Translations under genes and position numbers: made by a program | Source: Trueperaceae bacterium | GTDB lineage: Bacteria; Deinococcota; Deinococci; Deinococcales; Trueperaceae | DNA: 64,000 bases | Direction of reading: 5' to 3' | Assembly (NCBI GenBank): GCA_965215565.1 | Contig: CBDCDZ010000004.1 | Span: forward strand, 4,000,001 to 4,064,000 | The notes under the pieces: generated by a model | Database searches by the model: none | What the model saw: the letters and a program-made list of their open reading frames with translations, nothing else | What the model was told of the DNA's origin: nothing | Part shown: one piece after another, positions 59,264 to 64,000 of the stretch | Numbering within the stretch: the first letter of the stretch is position 1 | Layout: the number at the start of each line of letters is the position of its first letter

Positions 59264-59618
59264 AGACTCAGAACGAGTCCAAAGATAATGGCACAGTCCC
59301 TCGAGGAGGTCCACAATGGCTTGCTCAATGTTTGGAGAGTATTATGCTTCCTATGATTGGAGCCCTGCAACATTCGGAAGCTTTCGGTAGGTGCTAGGAC
59401 GATTTTAGCCTCAAGCAACAATCTGTTATCTGTTCAAACCGGAGCATCTTGCTTCACGGTTCATTTTCTTTGTCAAGATTAGCAAAAATCTAAACGAGGT
59501 GGTGCGTGAGTTTTCACGAAAGCTTGAAATGTGCTGAACCGCGACTCACGCAAGACCAAACACCGCTCTAGGTCAATCTAGCTCAGTTTTTCACTGCATA
59601 TCACATTAAGGGGTGACA

Positions 59619-63005
<3,387 letters not shown>

Positions 63006-63081
63006 AAACCGGTGGATAATGGTTAGTTGCTAATCACTGACAGCTCATCACTATCCGCCATTTTCCCGAAGGGAATACTGA

Positions 63082-64000
63082 ATGAGAGAATTTAACAAGG
63101 TTCGCATCAAAATCGCCGCGCCCGAGCAGATTCGCGGCTGGAGCTACGGCGAGGTCACGAAGCCCGAAACCATCAACTACCGCACCCTCAAGCCAGAGCG
63201 CGACGGACTGTTTGATGAGCGCATCTTCGGTCCCGAAAAGGATTACGAATGCGCCTGCGGTAAGTACAAGCGTCAGCGCTTCGAAGGTAAAACCTGCGAG
63301 CGTTGCGGCGTCGAGGTTACCAAAGCGACGGTGCGCCGCTACCGCATGGGTCACATCGAACTGGCAACCTCGTGCACGCACATCTGGTACGTCAAGGACA
63401 TCCCTAGTAAGGTGGGCGCACTCCTCAACCTCTCGACCAGCCAGTTAGAGCAAGTCCTCTACTTCGCCAAGTACGTCGTCACCGACCCGATGGACGCGCT
63501 GCGCGACGGCAGACCGCTCCGCCGCGGCGACCTCTTGACGGATGAAGAGTACCGCCAACTCCGCTACGGGCACCAGGAAACGTACAGCGTTTCAATGGGC
63601 GAGGACGCGGTTGTTGCCGACGGTGACTACGTCGAAACGGGTCAGCAACTCGCCAAAGGGGTCAAGTCGAAGCTCTCCGGTCTAGCGCAGTACCGCTTCC
63701 CGCGCAAGCTCATCTTCGATTATGAGGAGTCGAGGGACGCGAGCTTCACCGTGCCGACGAAAGCTTGGATTGAAGAGGAGCGCTACAAGGGTGGTCAACC
63801 TCTTGCCGACCTCGCTAGCGACGTGACTATAAGCGCCAAAGGTGAGGGTATCGTCGAACTGCTCCCCATCGGCGCGGACGGCGGGCTCCTGAATCTTCGT
63901 GACCCCGATGAAGACGAAGTCATCGCCTCGCACCTCATCCTCAACGGGATGGAACTCGTCGTAGGTGACGGCGAATTTGTGGACGAGGGCGCGGAACTCG
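63082..64000 (+). CDS. rpoC: RNA polymerase beta' subunit (partial, runs off the window)
   Basis: Manual translation [60 protein letters not shown]. Confidence 0.98.
   Translation, partial: MREFNKVRIKIAAPEQIRGWSYGEVTKPETINYRTLKPERDGLFDERIFGPEKDYECACGKYKRQRFEGKTCERCGVEVTKATVRRYRMGHIELATSCTHIWYVKDIPSKVGALLNLSTSQLEQVLYFAKYVVTDPMDALRDGRPLRRGDLLTDEEYRQLRYGHQETYSVSMGEDAVVADGDYVETGQQLAKGVKSKLSGLAQYRFPRKLIFDYEESRDASFTVPTKAWIEEERYKGGQPLADLASDVTISAKGEGIVELLPIGADGGLLNLRDPDEDEVIASHLILNGMELVVGDGEFVDEGAEL

Overview
Bacterial chromosome window, most consistent with Deinococcota (Trueperaceae-like). The assignment is inference from the RpoB/RpoC/ribosomal protein sequences, the many leaderless -10 boxes and the Deinococcus-type TACGGATTCCG repeats. 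The left and middle parts carry sugar transport and metabolic genes, tpiA, three tandem coiled-coil lipoproteins next to an orphan RND transporter, two paralogous EPNN/EPND-repeat lipoproteins (one frameshifted), and a LOV-PAS-GGDEF-EAL gene with a membrane diguanylate cyclase. An intact ISAs1 element (19-bp IR, 10-bp TSD) sits inside the terminal IR of a decayed DDE element that truncates an S1 protease pseudogene. The right part holds the floA-phoH-7TM/HD-ybeY-dgkA-cdd cluster, coaX, polX and the tRNA-tuf-rpmG-secE-nusG-rplKAJL-rpoBC core operon. The non-coding DNA is the most unusual part. It has a dispersed modular structured repeat with (TA)GCAGGTATCATC ends (about 10 copies, one pair bracketing the L10 leader), a second Deinococcus-like repeat with compensatory changes, REP-like palindromes, 7/14/15-bp tandem repeats and a strong excess of the palindrome CTCGAG. 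No CRISPR array or rRNA was seen. All calls come from reading the sequence; no searches were run.
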